Source: Takakia lepidozioides
Taxonomy: Eukaryota > Plantae > Bryophyta
Length of the DNA: 64,000 nucleotides
Direction: 5' to 3'
Assembly: GCA_030704615.1 (NCBI GenBank)
Contig: CM060732.1
Span: forward strand, 81,840,001 to 81,904,000
The position numbers and the translations under genes are program-made. This document shows positions 1 through 13,172 of this stretch, one piece after another (positions within the stretch are counted from its first letter, which is position 1; the number at the start of each line of letters is the position of its first letter). The notes below the pieces were generated by a model. It was not told the origin of the DNA. It did no database searches and saw nothing but the letters and a program-made list of their open reading frames with translations.

Positions 1-1614
1 GAGGATCTCAAATGGGTATCCATGTGTCAGACTGAGTAGTACGGGCAGCTAAACCTAAAAACGAGTGCAATGTTTGACTCCATGAATAGCATATATCTGT
101 GATGTGTGGATGTATGCGGTGATGTGGACACTGACTGAGTTTGTGTGGTTGCAGATGGGGAAGGCGAAGAAGAAGGCAGAGACAGAGCTTCTCAAGCAGC
201 GGAAGAGAAAAGCTGATGAAGGTAAAGGTAGATCTACCAATAGTAAGGTGCTAAGTTCTTGAAACTCTCCAGGGATTGCAACTACTGAATGTTCTTTTTA
301 AGTGAACCTTTTTCTTCAAAGGTTGGATTGTGGTACTGGATGGACTGAATGGATGGACTGAATGGATGAACTGAATGGAACCTTGGCAACAGTGGTGCTG
401 ATCAGTAGGACATAACAGCAAAGAAGCTGAGCAATGAAGGCTAAAGTACCACATGTAAAATGCTGATATTTCGTGGGCCTCAAAGAAGTATTTTGGAGTC
501 ATTATCAAGAGTATATGCTTGTTTGCAGAGGTGGCCAGTGATGTATGTGTGCAGGATGGAATGATGCATTTAAATGGCCTTATTTTGAAAGTGGGTGAGG
601 TGATGGTGTGGTGTGTGGTCGTTACTGTCATGACCTCTCAGTAATCAAAACAGAGTTAGGGACAATGGTGCAGCTGTTTTCCCCAAAGGATGAATAAAAT
701 TTGACCAGCTTCATGAATCTTTTTGTTGAAAAAAGATTGAGATGACGATTGTTCAACCTACGGTAAATTTACAGCCCAGCCCGTAGCCCATCAAAGGGCC
801 ATGGATGGTTCAAGGAATTTTTTTGGAATGATTGAAGAATTGCCCTGGTTTGGATATTTAAGGTTCGAATATGTAATCATGGAGCTACCTGCTCAATTAC
901 AAAGGCCATGATTTGCCACTTTCCTGATAACCGGAGTTTCGGATAAACTTTGGTGCCTTATGGTGACCAATGAGGGCCTACAGGTTATTGCGGTTGACCG
1001 ACTTTTGAGCAGTTAGTTTGAAGCTAGTATCATTTACCAGAATTGGTGAGTGGCGGCAGCTGCTCATATTGATTCTAAGCCATCTGCTTGTGTTTATCCT
1101 ACTGATCCCAGCTGGATGGTAGGCTTTCTTTGAATGTTTCGTGTGTTGACTACCGCATGAGGCAATTCTCTTTATTTTTCTTTCCCTTGCCCGGAAGTGA
1201 ATTTTCTCTATGGAAGAGTCAGCAGAGTCTGAAAGCAGCAGCCTCTCACAAACCACTGTCCTTGTGAACTGGTGTGAATAATTCCCCCCTCTTGAAAAGT
1301 GTACGAAGTACTATGAACACTGCCAACTCATTGCATGCATCAGTGACCCATTCCCCTATCTGTCTTTGCACAAGCTCTGTAGGAAGTTAGAGTCCCAGGT
1401 GAAACTCCTGCTCAGTGTTACAAGCACTGACCGGTTCGACTGCACATTGCAATGCAGCTTTAACATATACGAATAAATCCTGAAGCCATAGATAAAAGTC
1501 TAGAAAAGTGTGTGTGAGTACAGATTTTGGCTGTGGAACTAAACTAAAGCTCTGTGTGAAGGCAAAATTGCTTGACCAGAAACCCAAGTTAGTGGAGCTG
1601 ATCAAACGCAATCC

Positions 1615-2955
1615 TCAACAAGAATCTGAGTTCATTCCTAGCGGCCATTTTCTCCTCTCTCTTCCTCGTAGCTCCTCGGCCATAGACGAGTACACCAACC
1701 CCACCCCTATCATACACAGACTGAACCCAGTATTTACAGCAGCTGCAGTCCCAAATGGTGCGCAGGCCTCCCATGCAGGGTGCACACCACACGACGGAGG
1801 TCGCATCAGCCTCTCTTTCTTGAGCTTCATCTTCTTGGTGGACAGTTTGCCCATGTGCTTGTTGTCCACACTCTGAGAAAGTGGGAGAGGCAGCAGAGGT
1901 GAAGTGTTGCCCTCCCTGAAGGTGTGGAACACAAGAGCACCGCCGCATGCCAGGTCCTGTCGACTTGTTCCATCACAGGTGTATGCAGCAGGACATACAG
2001 GTGCTCCCCATGAGCACGCTCCTGGCTCATCGCCTCCATGGGTGCCAGTAACGTGCACTGACATAGCAAAGACAGCCGGCTTGAAGATTGCTATCACTTT
2101 GTCCACCAGAGCTAGCAAGTTGGTGTCTTGGGGTCCGTATCCCATGGCTTCGAAGCTTGCATAGCTCAATCCTTCTTCTGGAGTTACGTGGATTGTAGAG
2201 TGCGCTGCACCCTCGATGCCATTCATGGAGTAACCACAAGGATCGAATCCGTAGTCACAAATCTGTGACTGCGGTAGCAAGCTCCCGATGTGGGCTGCCT
2301 TTGTCATGTCTGCGCCTGTCTCCCTTCCAGCTGTCTTGCAAAATTGAGTTGCTGCCTTTCTGTCCAGCTTCGTCATGCACATCTCCACAGTGTACAATGG
2401 GTCTGAGACAGGTACATTGTGTGCTGCTGTGTAGATATGCCAATTGGGCAGTGTTCCCGCGTTCCCCATCACATATGCCTTGCCCCCACCTCCCAAATTC
2501 CCGAAGTACCCGTCCAAGAACCTGACCTCCTCTCTAAAACTTCCATGAGGGTAGGGCTGTTCCGCAGGGAACATAAAAGTTCCACGGGTGTACTTGCAGC
2601 GACATACTTTCAAGGAAAGGCGAGCCGCCCTTTCGAGCAACACGGGCAGGCCACGCAGCAGCTGGGTAGTGCCACAAGTTTTAATCACAATGCGCAGAGG
2701 GTACACAAACAAGCTCGACTCCGATAGCACGTAAGAATCCATCTGCGAATTGCTGAGCTCTGCAACTATGGTGCATTCTGCTAAGCGAAGAATCCCGTCC
2801 AGCTCTTTACGCGACAGAGCTCGCAAGCCTCGTCCTGCTGGATCCACAAATAGTGGAGCAGCATGGAACTCCACCTCCAACCTCTTTTCATAACCTTCGA
2901 AGCCTGGGCTCACCTTCAGTGTTGCCCCAGTAGTCACATCTTGAGACAACCCCAT
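1615..2955 (-). CDS. SAMDC: S-adenosylmethionine decarboxylase proenzyme (446 aa, intronless main ORF)
   Basis: Motifs GFEGYEKRLE, YVLSE/SSLFV (pyruvoyl self-cleavage site), IKTCGTT, FDPCGYSMN and TIHVTPEEGLSYASFE. First ATG is at 2955 (MGLSQ...); the ORF-track start at 3114 is a non-ATG extension. Confidence 0.97.
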   Translation of the reverse strand: MGLSQDVTTGATLKVSPGFEGYEKRLEVEFHAAPLFVDPAGRGLRALSRKELDGILRLAECTIVAELSNSQMDSYVLSESSLFVYPLRIVIKTCGTTQLLRGLPVLLERAARLSLKVCRCKYTRGTFMFPAEQPYPHGSFREEVRFLDGYFGNLGGGGKAYVMGNAGTLPNWHIYTAAHNVPVSDPLYTVEMCMTKLDRKAATQFCKTAGRETGADMTKAAHIGSLLPQSQICDYGFDPCGYSMNGIEGAAHSTIHVTPEEGLSYASFEAMGYGPQDTNLLALVDKVIAIFKPAVFAMSVHVTGTHGGDEPGACSWGAPVCPAAYTCDGTSRQDLACGGALVFHTFREGNTSPLLPLPLSQSVDNKHMGKLSTKKMKLKKERLMRPPSCGVHPAWEACAPFGTAAAVNTGFSLCMIGVGLVYSSMAEELRGRERRKWPLGMNSDSC

Positions 2956-3181
2956 TTCTACGGGGTCTGCACAATTTTCGTCTATCCTCTGAGAGAAATA
3001 GGGAAGGGACGGAACTATGATGAGTATATGATGATGAGAGTAGGAGAGGGGAGAGGGGGAGATATGATCCCACTTCCTGAGAGTAGGGGAGCTGATCTGC
3101 AAGCTGTGCAGCAAAAGAGCAGACCAGCCCCTGTTAAAAAGGGGACAAGGCTAGGCTACTTGTCTTTGCCTGTAGTCTGTA

Positions 3182-3597
3182 TCAGGATGGCTTTCGCACG
3201 CACTGCACAATGACAACCCACCCCATCCAGCCTAAGTCAGCACCTTAACCTGCCCCGCTTCATATCTCCTCTCAACGCTCAACTTCGCAATGCCTTCAGC
3301 ACAGTTTCACTGGAATAATAACCCCCCAGCTGAATCTACAACAGAAGAAAAACGGGACAAGCCCTCCCTCAGTAGCAATCAACTGAAGCAATTCACAACT
3401 TCACTAAAATGTGGCTGGAAGGCAACCCGAAGGAGAGAGTGAAGAGATAAACGACGCACATTGGAGTAGGCAGCAGAGCGGAACTTCTCAATGCCACCGT
3501 TCGGGCGCACGTCCTCAATTCCGTAGCCCAGCGGACTCTCGTACTGCAAAATGTGATTGCTTCGAACCTTCTTCAAGTTACCACCTTTGGTCCCCAT
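3182..3597 (-). CDS. SAMDC small conserved uORF (52 aa, two exons: 3597-3460 and 3202-3182)
   Basis: MGTKGG...YESPLGYGIEDVRPNGGIEKFRSAAYSN, then a GT-AG intron at 3459-3203, then CVRKPS-stop. Matches the plant SAMDC uORF peptide and its usual intron position. Confidence 0.95.
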
Positions 3598-3605
3598 TAC
3601 AACAT
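3597..3605 (-). promoter_or_regulatory. SAMDC tiny uORF (ATG TTG TAA) overlapping the small-uORF start (TAATG)
   Basis: Minus strand reads ATGTTGTAATGGGG; the last A of TAA is the A of the small-uORF ATG, the canonical polyamine-responsive arrangement. Confidence 0.93.
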
Positions 3606-3614
3606 CCAGCCTTT

Positions 3615-4800
3615 CTGCACACCACCATGGAAACAGTCACAGCCCATCAGTTAGATAAGTAAGATCATGTAAGAATAGGGGCGGTCATGAACTCATCATG
3701 ATCGCATCTTAGCGTCCCACCACTTCGATGGACCGCACCTGAAACTTCTCTACGTGCGGAAACTACAATGCTGGTTCTCTTGTTCATACTGCTTATCAAG
3801 CTCGTTAAGGCTCTCGAACGTTGAGATTTAACAGAATGACGTCTTCTTGGAATATGTATCCACAATTCAAAGAATGTGGTCCGGCTTCCCCCAGGTCACA
3901 ATCTGTCTCTCTTCTCGCTCTCCACAAGGGTACAACGTCTTATGCACTGTGTACATTCTCTCTCCCCACCCCTTACGTCTCGCTCTGTGGGCATGACGTG
4001 TGCTCCCAGAGAATCTTCGGCATACATGCATTGTAAAGAAACTCATCGAGAGGTCCTCTTTTGTTTCATCAAGTCACAGAACATGCCACTGCATCGCTCT
4101 CAGTTGCAGTGACGGCTCGAATTCCGGGTTGTCCAGAATTGTCATATGGGTATACATTCTGGGCGACTTACTCAAGTGACCTGATCTTCTCCCATTCCTT
4201 CACCCTATCCCCCTCATTACTGCTGTGTACGAACCGTCTCTTGCTGAACCACATATCTCTGGGCAACTACGCTTAACATAAAACAGAATGGGGAGGTTGA
4301 GCAGTCATATACTCATTCATCTCTACCACTATCAACCAAATCCCTGCTGCAACTCCTCAAAGTACATATGCCTTTAAATTGTACAATATGCTAAAGTTAC
4401 TATCTACTAAATAACAGTTCACGCTCCATCCCTTCATACGAAACAAGATGGAACAAAAGACAGATCATCAGTGTCAGTGTAAGCTGCCCTTTGAACAACA
4501 ACACTGACAGATGGCTGTCTAATTGGCGCCATTGCGCTCTCTCTCGCTCTCAGGCCCGGGCCCTTCTACTTACAGATTCTTCGTTGTTGTGAGGACGAGG
4601 AGGAAGACCCTCCCCGGACCCGGATTGGGGAAATCACGAGAAGGAAACGTTGGATCTTTTGGGATGAGGAGATCAACTTAGAGAGAGGGGGCGAGAAATG
4701 GTATCCGCGTAAAATTATAGAGAGAGAGAGGCCCGACAAGATAGCATATACTACTAAAATAGAGCCCGAGAAAGAGAGAGAGCAAGAAACCTTATAACGT
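3615..4800 (-). promoter_or_regulatory. Probable SAMDC 5' leader intron (4573-3615), CT-rich first exon and TATA-like box (~4792-4797)
   Basis: Minus-strand GTAAGT donor at 4573, TGCAG acceptor ending at 3615, (CT)n-rich leader at 4680-4780, TTATAA upstream. Not confirmed by transcripts. Confidence 0.55.
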
Positions 4801-7800
4801 CCACGGCAAGCTCAACTTATCCATGGAACAATCCACGAGAGAAAACAAGAGAGAAAGAGAAGGTGGCCCGAAGGTGGGTCGAGGGAGAGAGGCAGGGAGG
4901 TGTGAGTTCCTAACAGAGAGAGTGTGCGCGGCTTGCCCACCTTTGTACCAATGCCACATGGCCCCCGCACATTAGCTTGAACCCATCCATGGGCTTTGAT
5001 CATCGCCCATCTCACAGTGATGCCATGGGATCCTACCGTCGCTCGTGAGGCTGGGCGGTTACGAACGATCCACACTGGAACTTAGCGCTTCTGCCCTGCC
5101 CTTCGCTCTCTCTTGTATTTGAACACTTGAGCAGTTGTTGTTTCTGTGGTTGCAGAAAGAGACGAGTAATAAGCAAAGCTGGACAATGCATCACCACCAC
5201 CTCCTGCTGCTGTTGCTGCTCATCTCATCCATCCAGCCCAATTTGTAGATCTAGCCACCACAACCTCACCGCACCTGGCTCGGAACTGAAGCTCCAACCA
5301 TCGAATCTCGCATCAGAGCGTTATCGTCAGTCTGCCCGAGTCCCCAATTCTGCTGGGGACCACCGCAGGCAAGGCTTTGACCGGTCCCGAGCCCGTTTTC
5401 CACGCTGGCGACCACAGGGATGGCTGTGGTCTTTAGCTCCTCCAATTTCCTCCCAATCATGTGAACCTCATAGATAGCAGCCAAATCAGCTTTATGCCAG
5501 TTACTGGCTAACGTAGCGGCGAAGCTACGTGGGCGATAAGGTGAACAGCAACAGGGATCCTTGGTCTACCTTACCTTGAGTCCTTCCCTTGTCCGGGAAT
5601 CCTCGCTGCCGTGTACCTTTGGTAACTAGTGCAGATCTGGTGAATCTGGTGGGCAAGCGAGCCGCTGCATGATGTCTGACCTTCCTTTCAGAAGACGTTA
5701 CAGCCTGATGAGACCAGTCCTCTCCTCTGACGATATTCCCCAAATGTTTTTGTGGGGCCTTCAACAGTGGTGACCGCTAGAGATGTTGCCTCTTTGATGA
5801 CTTGGACGTGCACAGGCTCCGAGTCTCGTGACAGGAGGAAAAAATAAAAAAGTACTCTGCTGATTATGCGCATCCCGAGCATTCTCCACCAGCATTCAAT
5901 TATCTCCTACTTTTCGAGAGCCCACTTGGCTCGCTTTTGCCTACTTTCGATCGTCAATATTCCACCACCTGACGTTGCTCCAACCTCCATGCATTAAGAG
6001 GCCTCCTTTAGTGCATGGACGTTGTCGTCGGTATGCACTCGATTGCTGCTTTGCGTGTGCCACCGGCTTGCCTCTCCACCAATCCAACACCATCCATCCT
6101 GGGCATCCGTGGGAAGCGCCCGACGAGCAAGTTCCCAACATCCCTCACACTCATTGCAATTCAAGGACGGAGAGCCTGGATCGAAGGCAGGGAACTTGTC
6201 GGTGGAAGCCTATCCCCCGAACTATTCGCCCAGACTTTTTTGTAAGTCGTGTCTCCATTGATGATGAATGAGATCGGTCTCACCCTCTTGAAGCATAAAA
6301 GTTGAGGATGCTTATGGATCTTATTACAAACCCAAGAGCAGTCGGGTGACTCAGAGCGCAAGTTCAGCCGGCTCTTTTTCCCATAAAGCTGGTACCTACA
6401 AGTAGCCCATACAGACAACCCGGATAAATGTTCCCTCCCTCTTAACTGTTTGAACATCTGTTAACAATGTTCTCCTCCTCCCTCTTATCTTACAAAGATA
6501 GATGTGTTTAGAAAATTATACTCCCGTCTTCACTAAATGAGCTTGGATAAGTGTTGGGTTTGCCAACTTTGATGTAGTAAGTACAGCCCATCAAGACCAC
6601 CCACCTCTGCAGCGATTAGTCAGAAAAATTTGAGGCCGGGTTTGACCCTGTATGTGGCACCATAGAAGCATCAACCCAGTTACATCTAATTGTAATACTG
6701 CTTTTGGCCCATAATACAACCAAAGATGGTGAAGAAATACAGTTCATTGGATTTGAAGATGTGGTTGGAATGTACTTTCAGGGCACAGTTGGTAAGACAA
6801 CATGGAGTTCTAGTTAATGAACGTTGTGTTGATCAGTGGACTCATGAGATAATCAAGTAAAGCAACTCTTTTGTCTTTCAAAAATGGCCCTCCATACTAA
6901 TATATTGATATCTAAGTATCGGTGTTAGTCGATGAGAATGTAAGCTTCACCTTGCAGCTACTGCCTATGGCCAGGTTGCAGCTGACGGGTTCAAGCTAGA
7001 CCTGAAGAAACTAATATGAAAGCATGGGTACTGTGTACCCATTCTTCTGTCAATACACATAACTTGGATCAATTGACTTAGTCGTGCATTAGGTACCTGA
7101 GAAAGAACCCACCTTATAGGTTACTTCCTCGGGTCCACAGAGTCCACACTGCTCACGACCCTGCCAATCAACTCGCAAGTTTGGGAGAACGGTACCCTCC
7201 TTGATCTGTGTGCCCGAGGGCGCTGTCACCTCTGTTGCTGCCCCCGAGGAAAACTAGGCAGCATGCAAGTTAGTATATAGATCAGTGCAAACCTTCGCAA
7301 CAATCTTGTGTACCTAGTTCTAAAAACAAAATAGCTGGCTACATAGTATGTCACTAGTCACTACTCTCGTAGTGACTTACTGAGGGCCTCTTTACACTAC
7401 CCAAAAACTCGTTTATGCTTGAGGGTCATACAGTCCCCCTCCCCAAGCTACTACCTTGCGGAGATACCTGAGAGCCGATACCCAACAGTTCTGAAACAAT
7501 GATATTTGAGAATGTGCTCATCATCTTCGGGAGGGATGCAAACATAAAAAACTAAGGAGATTTGGCAAGGAGCCAAACTTGCCGAATGTTGGCATCTTAC
7601 ACGAGAACACGCAAGCTCGGATTCTTGAAGTGGGACTCAAGTTTTCTTTACAACACAATTAGTTATTGCTCTCTTTGCACAGATCTGACAGCCCAGAGAG
7701 GGTCCGGATTGTCTCATCATCCTCGCACTGTAGTGACTTGGAATTTGGCACAGCTCTCCTGTCGTTTTATCCGCGACACAAAAGGATTTCATTTCATCTG

Positions 7801-8798
7801 GGTGGGTGGGCTACCTAGATCAGATGCCAATGCGAAGAATGAACCGGGAAAGTGTGATTGATGAGAGGAGGGAAGGAGACGGAAGGAAGGCAGGTGGGAC
7901 CAAGGGAGTAAACACTAAACAGGTCCCACCACCAGGCGTGCAGTCTGTGCCGCAGTGCAGGAGAGATGGAATGCGGGAGGCTGCGCGAACCCAGCAAAGC
8001 GTGAGCGCCGGCCCCGCCATGCTTCGATTCTGAGCACCATGCTTGCGCGCTGCACGGCTCTGTGACGCCTGCACCACAACAATGCACAACTCCTTTCCAC
8101 GCGCCACTGCGCTCTTTGTACCCGCCGCGTGGCTACGGATAAGCTGCCATTCTTTTGTGTTGTCACTCTCTCACCCACCTGCTGCAGCTGCCATACCAAG
8201 CTCGCTTTCCAGCCCCTCCCTTCTGGACGCCCGTCAGACCACCCTCAAAAGCTTAGATCGTGCACTCGCTCGATCACAGAAAAATCAGTTGGCAGTCGCT
8301 TGGCTGGAGCTCAGTGTATGGGATGTGTCGACCCAATAATGGGTCCATATGTAGCAATCCTACTGCACAGGGTGTGAGATTGTCAGAGACTCCCTGACAC
8401 ACTTGTTCAACATTCCGTCCCAATGAAGGGCAAAATGAGTCTACATAGTCAGGTCAGGCTGGATTGCATTCAAACTTCGCTTTACGCTACCACTGTGGTG
8501 TCAGGAGGAAAGCTACGTTTGAGAAAGTGAAACGGGTCGTGACAGTTGGGAGGGAGACAATGTAGCTACCAGTATGGCAGTATTGTAAAGCAAGCAGGTA
8601 GGCCAGGATCCGTTAGACTGTTATACGCTAGCACAGCGTGTATGCTTTGTGTATTCATTGCCTGTGAAAGACCACCACTGCAGCTGCTGATCCGTCTGCT
8701 GTATGGAGGCTTTCACATTGAGACAAACTAAGTTAGCAGCAGAGCTGAACAATAACACAACAAATACAGCAAAAGAGGTTTAGGGTTTCTGAGATTAA

Positions 8799-11700
8799 CC
8801 CTTCAAGGACGAGCCTGTTTTTGGTGGGCCCCGTCTAAAACCAGACATACCCTCACGGATGAGGGTGTATCTCCCATTTTGACAAACATCGGAGGGGATG
8901 AACCGTTCCAAAGTCATCCTACCTACTTCATGCACCTCAAGTAAAAATTTCAGGAGAATTGACCGTCTAAAGTGGAAGATTATAACAAAAGTTCTAGGCT
9001 TTTTTTTTTTGTTGGATATATTTTCAACATGAAAAATTGGTTTGACAAAGCAGATTGCCAACCTTTTTTATTTTTCATTGATACAGCCTACCCAGATTCA
9101 GATTATATGGCACCCACAGCAAAGCCTCCCAAAATTCCAGAGCCAAATTCCAAAAATGCGCTTTGTATGGGAAAACAGGGGGGTCAAAATGCCAATTTCT
9201 CTCATGGGAAAAACACATTCCCCCAAATGTGGGGCAATTTGTGAGGGAATCCAAATTCCTCTTGTCATGTTGTTGTTTGCCTACCTACCGAGTACCCTGG
9301 AAAAAAAATTCCACATTCTAAGCTGTTTGTAGCCAAAGATTGCCAAAAAACCGAATCCCTACTTGAATCCCAGCTCCGGCCAAGAATTGCTAGAGCCGGT
9401 GGACATTTCCGGCCAAAAAATCCGGGCAACGTCATCACAAACCAAGGAAGTCACGGGGCCCTCCACCCTGCGTTTCAGCGCTCTCCCTCCATGACCTGCC
9501 AACGGCCAACCGCTTCCCACAACCACACCAGGAAGCATACTCAAAAACACGAGCTATGAACTGAGGGGGACTTGAACCTCCTGATCTGGCCATTGTGTGA
9601 TCACCCCAAGCCAAGAAACCTCCCAGCAAGCTGCCATGTCCCTCTTCCCCTTCCCCAAACCCCCCAATGGTCAGCCCAAAACCAGCAGACACCCAAAACC
9701 GCCCCCCCCCACAATCCCAAATGCTTAGCCCAAAAACATGCACCCAAAGCACCCCCCACCCCCGCCACCAGTAGCCCCAAACATATCCCACGTCACCCTC
9801 AATCGCCAACACCCTGCCACACACCCAACACACCCACACACGCATTCCACAGAGCCGCCAAGAGCACACCAGCCAGCCCACCAATAGCCCATTGAACACA
9901 ATGCACAAACAGACCACCAACACAACAAGCCCAAAGAGAATGCACATAATCTGCAGTCATCTCATTGGGTGGTGGTGTGCATGATTCCAGCAAGAACCAA
10001 GGCACATATGGCTGCCGTCACATCCAGGGCAGTAGTGGTGAGTGCGGACATGGCATACAACACACAACCGCCGTCGTGGTGTGTGAAGACATTGATGCAC
10101 AAAGGTGCAAGAGCCATCCCCCCTCCTGTCCATGTTGTCAATGCACTGACCTGCTGTCAAGGCGTATGCCACAGCAAGATTGAACTCCAAATGCGTCATG
10201 GGCCTCTGACCCATCTTTGTGGCATGGGCTGAATACAAGATGTATGCATTCACCAAGGTTGTGTCCATCAGGAAGAAGAAAAAAGAAACGATGCCACCAT
10301 TTCTTAGTGCGCAGCTGCAAAGTATATGCTCCCCGGAGCTGGTCTTGGACATCTACCCCTCGCATATAAGTTTGATATTGCACATGGGCAGGCACAGATG
10401 GCACCAAGACTCTCTGCTGTCCCACAAAGCGTCTCACAGTAACAGGAAGAGGGCCTGCATGCTGGTCTAGTTGCAGATGAAAACATGAATACCCCATTTT
10501 TGTCCCACCACAACTGGCCGCAAGTTCCCTGGAACATGCATCTTGTACCAGGACTGGCCTTGCTTGCAGTAGTCTTGGATTTTTCTTGAAGGATAGCAGA
10601 GGGAGGGAGGCCTTTTCTGTTCACACGAACTGTGCCAGTGGCCCAGGTACCAAGCTCGGCCAAGTCGTACAAAAGCTGAACAGAAGTGAAGTAATTGTCA
10701 GTGACAATTACATGCCCCAAACCATGGATTCCATTGGCAAGCCCACACACCACATCATAGCCTTCACCTTTCCCATTTTTCAGCCTCTCACCATCAGGGC
10801 CCCTGCATTTTTCCCACAGTATACCTGAAAATCATACACATAGCTGGTCTCCGAGTCAGCCAACGCCCACACCTTGATGCCCCACTTGCATAGCTTCTAG
10901 GCATATACATCCTAATCGCACAGTATTTCCCCTTGTAACGGATCATCACCTCGTCACAGTCAACATCTTATTGAGATTCCACAGGCTCTTGCACCTATCA
11001 ACTACCTCATCACAAGCCCACCTAATCTTGCCGAGCTTATCAAATCGAGGGGCTCCACGATCGTGCAAAGTGGCATTGTCCACCAAATGCAAACAACGAA
11101 GTATCGCTTCATACTTGTCACGGGTCATGACCTAGCGGATGATAGGGCATGAGAAAAAAAACTCGGAGTGTTGCCAGTAACATCTGGTTTTAGGTAGCTT
11201 CTTTATCCCCATAAAACTGCAGATGCCAATCCAAGCTCGGAGCTCACTCACTGTCAAAGCTTCACCTAGGCCACCCACGTGTGCTCTCACCCAAAGGCTT
11301 TGATGCATATGCATTCGACTCCCTGCATACCCTCTCCAACACACTTTGTCTCCAAAACAAAAGGAAGAACCAAATTGGAGTAGAAACCCTTTCATCTCCG
11401 GGAGGCAGGGACCAGGCTGAGGCCCAGTGAATGCCTCCTCATCACTAACAAATTCACTTTCAACACTCTTTCCCACGAGCTAGGCTGGAACAGCTGCTCA
11501 AAAGCGAGGTTTGGTGCCTCGTCACCGTCATCTTCCATTCCCCATCTTCCATTCCCAAAAGGTCAGTGTCCCAGTCTGCCTCGTCGGCAGAATCCCCACG
11601 TAAAAGTATCATATCAAATAAAAATTCATCAAGTTCAGACTGGGGGCCATGGTGTTCACCGCCAGGAGTAGAACAGGAACCAGAGACTCCAATGACTCCA

Positions 11701-13172
11701 GCGACATGCATGGTGTTCGGACGAACATCCCAAAGCACACCTAGGAACTGCACAGTCATCGCAAGAACAAAATTGTGACTGGACTCACCCCACAAAACAC
11801 TCAGGTGTGCCTCATTCCTTCTCCTCACCACACCCCTGGGAGCCATTCTACACTTGCAGGAATCGCCGTTGGCACGAGCCCGCTGCTTGAAATCCCTGAC
11901 TGTAGACATCAGGCCAGACATCCTCTCTTCAAACGGGAATTGACAGCCTCACTGAACCCCTCTTCTCTCCTTCCTCTCGTCTCTCTCTCCAACCAAGAAT
12001 AGAAGCCACTTGCCTCCGCCAGGGAAATCGAAAGTATGAGGGACGAGGATGGCGTGTGGCCAGGTTTGGCAGCAGGCGGTGGAGGCAAAGAGGTCAGAAA
12101 CTCAGGATAAAGACAACCTAGAATTACCTTGCAGTGCTCTGCAGTGCAATGTTGTTCTTCCTGCGCCCACGCCCTTATAACCTCTGCCGCAGCTGCATGC
12201 TCGGGTGGGGGAGGTGGGGCTCAAGCAGCTCAGATCCCTTGCGTTTAGGCGCCATATAGATCCCTGCCACCCACAAACCACAAACATTCAATGCACAAAT
12301 AGAATTAAGCAAAGCGGGCAGACAATATCAAGCAAATGCAAATGCATAAGTGGTTAGATGGTTGCGCAATACCTGTGAAGCGCCGTCGATACGTATGTGC
12401 CCCAACAGAAGGTAATGAGCAGGTATAAAGAGAAGGAGCCGCTGTAAAGGCAAAGTCGAGGACGATCCAAGCAAACGGAACAGACGCGCAGCCACCCCCT
12501 GCTCCTCAATAACGGCACATGAGCTCCCAAAAAAATGAAACCAAGCAATCATAGGCAAAAGAATATCGACGCAGCAAAGCCAAAGCGAAGCAAAACCAAG
12601 AAAGAACGAATCAAAAGCTCGATTACGAGGAGACAATCATAGCACCCAAGACACACAATATGCAAAACGCAGAGAGCGAGAGAGAAGCTCCCGCCCCCGC
12701 CACCTGCCACCTGATTGGGCCACGCACCTAAAACCCACGCGGGTGAGAATCTCCTGCCCCCGCCACCTGCCACCTGATTGGGCCACGTGCCTGGCGTTTC
12801 GCGCGTGCCGGGGGTCCGCCGCTGTCCGCACGGGCGGACATGCAGCCCCCGCTATCACCCGCTGCCGTCAAACGCCACACCCCCCCCCCCCCCCCCTCCC
12901 CCCCAAAATCCTGCCTGCCACGTCTGCCAGTCAACATGCTGACGGGCCCAAAACCACAGGATTTTGGGTACCCCTCCAGATTCCAAAACATCCTGACGGC
13001 AGGGGATTAGATTTTCTAGGGTGCGATCAACACAGGGGCCGTAAATATTTATGGGCTACACTTTTCGTTCAGGAATCGTTTTCATCCGACATGATCTGCG
13101 CATTTATCATCCAATTGAAATTTCGACCCGACCCGATACGGGTCGCCTCGTCCTTGCCTCGTCCTTGAAGGG
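8799..13172 (-). mobile_element. Full-length piggyBac-superfamily DNA transposon (decayed)
   Basis: Perfect 15-bp TIRs CCCTTCAAGGACGAG / CTCGTCCTTGAAGGG, TTAA on both sides (8795-8798, 13173-13176), internal piggyBac transposase remnants. Confidence 0.95.
9957..11921 (-). pseudogene. piggyBac (PGBD-like, DDE_Tnp_1_7) transposase, frameshifted
   Basis: Fragments MTRDKYEAILRCLHL, (V)DE..IRYKG, KWGIKVWALAD, VIVTDNYFTS, ATGTVRVNRKG, YMRGVDVQDQ, TKKWWHR, TLVNAYILY and a C-terminal Cys-rich domain (CVVC..RTHHYCPGC..MC..CW..H), split over several frames. Confidence 0.92.

Noticed and set aside
155-221. Possible plus-strand exon (CAG|ATGGGGAAGGCG...GAAG|GT)
   Set aside because: Isolated, low-complexity and at the window edge.
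2956-3114. N-terminal extension of SAMDC in the ORF track
   Set aside because: Non-ATG start, CT-rich leader-like sequence, no similarity to SAMDC.
3379-3459. 72-aa version of the uORF
   Set aside because: It reads into the intron; the conserved CVRKPS end lies in the next exon.
6600-7030. Possible decayed exon fragments (e.g. KDGEEIQFIGFEDVVG, AYGQVAADGFKLDLKK)
   Set aside because: No family recognised and no consistent frame.
7356-7377. AGTCACTAC-TCTC-GTAGTGACT hairpin resembling CACTA ends
   Set aside because: Too short, no TSD or other element features; may be chance.
5100-8700. Many 60-120 aa ORFs upstream of SAMDC, and antisense ORFs inside LTRs and pol genes
   Set aside because: No recognisable domains; expected by chance or as shadows of real frames.
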